Of a stretch of 64,000 bases of DNA, positions 62,152 to 64,000 are shown piece by piece (positions within the stretch are counted from its first letter, which is position 1; each line of letters starts with the position of its first letter). The notes under the pieces were generated by a model, which ran no database searches, was not told the DNA's origin, and saw nothing but the letters and a program-made list of their open reading frames with translations. Made by a program: the position numbers and the translations under genes. Source of the DNA: Emiliania huxleyi CCMP1516 (Eukaryota); contig NW_005201259.1 of NCBI RefSeq assembly GCF_000372725.1, forward strand, positions 97,015 through 161,014, given 5' to 3'.

Positions 62152-62191
62152 CCATGCAGAGCTTTTATTTATCGTACAATGGAGAAGTTTA

Positions 62192-62519
62192 CTTGAGCAC
62201 TTGAGCACTGGATAGGGCCGATTCCGCGTGGTACGGGACCCCTCGATCGTCTCGCCCTCCCTCACTGGTGTGTTCATTGGGGGGGGTCATAACAAACACG
62301 GTACAGGATCGAGGTGCACGCTGCCGAAGCAGTGTCGTCCCCCCTCTCCCCAACGGCGATGGCGGTGTGACCGATCGAGCTACAAGAGGAGCTTGTTCAG
62401 CAGGATCAGGACCGTCGGATGCACTACCTCACTGGGCCTGAGAACATCGCGCGACCAGCCCCTCACCACTCCGGGTTTGCGTGGAGTCGAACCACTCCGG
62501 TATGGGCGAGCCCATTGAT
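62192..62519 (-). mobile_element. Second copy of the (AGTGCTCA)n-tailed dispersed repeat
   Basis: Matches 4174-4500. Confidence 0.7.
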
Positions 62520-63451
62520 TTGAATCGAGTCCTTTCTCGCCTGCGGGAGGCAGTGGGGGGTATGTACTCTGCTCCTAGCGGGTTGGGGGAGGGCGCGGAG
62601 AGCGGGGCGGGGGGAGGGGGTCAGGCAGGGTCTTATCCAAACGAGAGGTCAGGCATAGCAACTTGTAGACGTACTACACACACCCAAAGACCGAGTTCTC
62701 CTCCGAGCCATCTTGTTAATTGTCAAAATTCCTGTTGTGCAAGAGGGGAGGGGGCTCTGACGGAGTGCGTGGCGGGAGAGGGCAGGGAGTGGGCGCGGGG
62801 GAGGGGGGGGGGGGGGCTCAGCCGTGCAAAAAGCATCAATTAATAATAGTAAGGAAGACATGTTGCCCGGCCGTTCAAGAAGTCCGTCTCGATTTTCGTT
62901 TTTTCCCCACAGACCACTCGGGCAACTTTTACGAAAGGCAAAGTTTTACTTGACCACTCGGGCAGATTCGATTGCATTTTACCACTCGGGCAAACTCGAT
63001 GAAACGGGCGGACGGAAACGCGTTTGCGACGGCTCGCCGGAGAGCATGCATGGAGCGGCCGGTGCGCCGCCGCAGCTCACCGATGGAGCCTGCGTCGCGG
63101 CTCAATCCACTGACGTAGCAGCACTGCGACACACTCTCCAAGCACGGCCTCTGGCGTTGCGATTGCACAGAGAGCGAGCAATAGGCGCCAAAAGCACAGA
63201 TCTGTGTGCAGTGGATTTCCATGTAGGTCGCGCCCAGCGAGCGGACAACCGCGGGTCTCGGATGCTCTCCCGGACGCGAGCCCATCGTGCGAGTGGCGGA
63301 CCCGGAGGCGGCCGGCCCAGCTCACCCCCAGAGAGGCCTTACTTCGTAAGGTACCCACTCCCAACATTATTCCGCGACCCCCAACCTAGCTGCCCGGGCC
63401 TCCCACCTCACAAAGATTTGGCAAGAGCCACAAAGATTTGGCCGTCCACAA

Positions 63452-64000
63452 ATGAGTGGCCAGGCCTCGTCCTCGACCGCAGCCGCGCCCGGCGCTCCAC
63501 ATCCACGGCCGCAAGGCAGGGCGCCGAAGGAGCACACGTGGGATGGAAGCTACGGGGAGAGCGGTGCCTGGCTGCACAACGTCACCGGGCTGCCCTGGGC
63601 CAAGGGCGGGCGATCAGCAGCCTCGATGGCTCAGCAGCGCGAGCGCAAGCGCGAGGACAAGCGCGACAGGAGCGGCAGGCCGGAGGCGTCCGGCGCGCAG
63701 AAGCGCAAGAAGGGCGCGGTGGAGGCGGAGCGGCGCGACAGGAACCGGCGGCTGAACGTCATCAACCAGTACCGCACAGCGGCTCGCAAGAAGAAGAAGA
63801 TCCCACTCGACTCGAGCCAGGTGGCGCGCACTAGGGAGGAGAAGCGGCTTCTGGGCGACAATTTCGTGCACGAGGGCCAACGCGTGCGCGTGATCGAGGG
63901 GCTGCACGCTGGCTGCTGCGGCGTCGTGCTCGAGCGAGCCGTGCTGTGGGAGTGCGGCAGGGCGGTCACGGCCGTCGTTGAGCCGGAGCATCACCATGAT
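63452..64000 (+). CDS. Paralog of the 60661 ORF, running off the window end
   Basis: MSGQASSS...PRPQGRAPKEHTWDGSYGESGAWLHNVTG...RDRSGRPEASG...EGQRVRVIEGLHAGCCGVV; open frame to the end, absent from the ORF track. Confidence 0.7.
   Translation, partial: MSGQASSSTAAAPGAPHPRPQGRAPKEHTWDGSYGESGAWLHNVTGLPWAKGGRSAASMAQQRERKREDKRDRSGRPEASGAQKRKKGAVEAERRDRNRRLNVINQYRTAARKKKKIPLDSSQVARTREEKRLLGDNFVHEGQRVRVIEGLHAGCCGVVLERAVLWECGRAVTAVVEPEHHHD

Noticed and set aside
62913..62992. Repeat-spacer pattern resembling CRISPR
   Set aside because: Only three 12-bp repeats with unequal spacers, no cas genes, eukaryotic context.

Overview
GC-rich, intron-containing eukaryotic nuclear DNA with four N-gaps. A fucoxanthin-type LHC gene, TTAGGG telomeric repeats, frequent GC-AG introns and intronic ~10-bp tandem repeats point to a haptophyte, probably Emiliania/Gephyrocapsa huxleyi (inference). 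Recognisable genes: adaptin beta tail, DUF4336 protein, atypical bZIP, bacterial-type alpha-2-macroglobulin with EGF, EF-hand and TM additions, DSP-PP2C fusion phosphatase, BRK1 pseudogene, UDP-glucose dehydrogenase, CDKL kinase, PX protein, Cys-rich protein, XRN exoribonuclease with a signal plus transit-like presequence, ArfGAP, LHC, two sulfotransferases, UMP-CMP-type kinase, class II HDAC and two paralogous KOW-like orphan ORFs. Intergenic DNA is dense in non-autonomous mobile elements: a 677-bp foldback element with a 5-bp TSD, a 695-bp hAT-like element with an 8-bp TSD whose empty site lies in the same window, retroposon 3' ends, and a 180-bp satellite next to an interrupted interstitial telomere array. 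Best candidates for new biology: the putatively plastid-targeted XRN, the membrane-anchored bacterial-type A2M, the DSP-PP2C fusion and the telomere-repeat/unit array. Exon boundaries were read by eye and no database searches were run.
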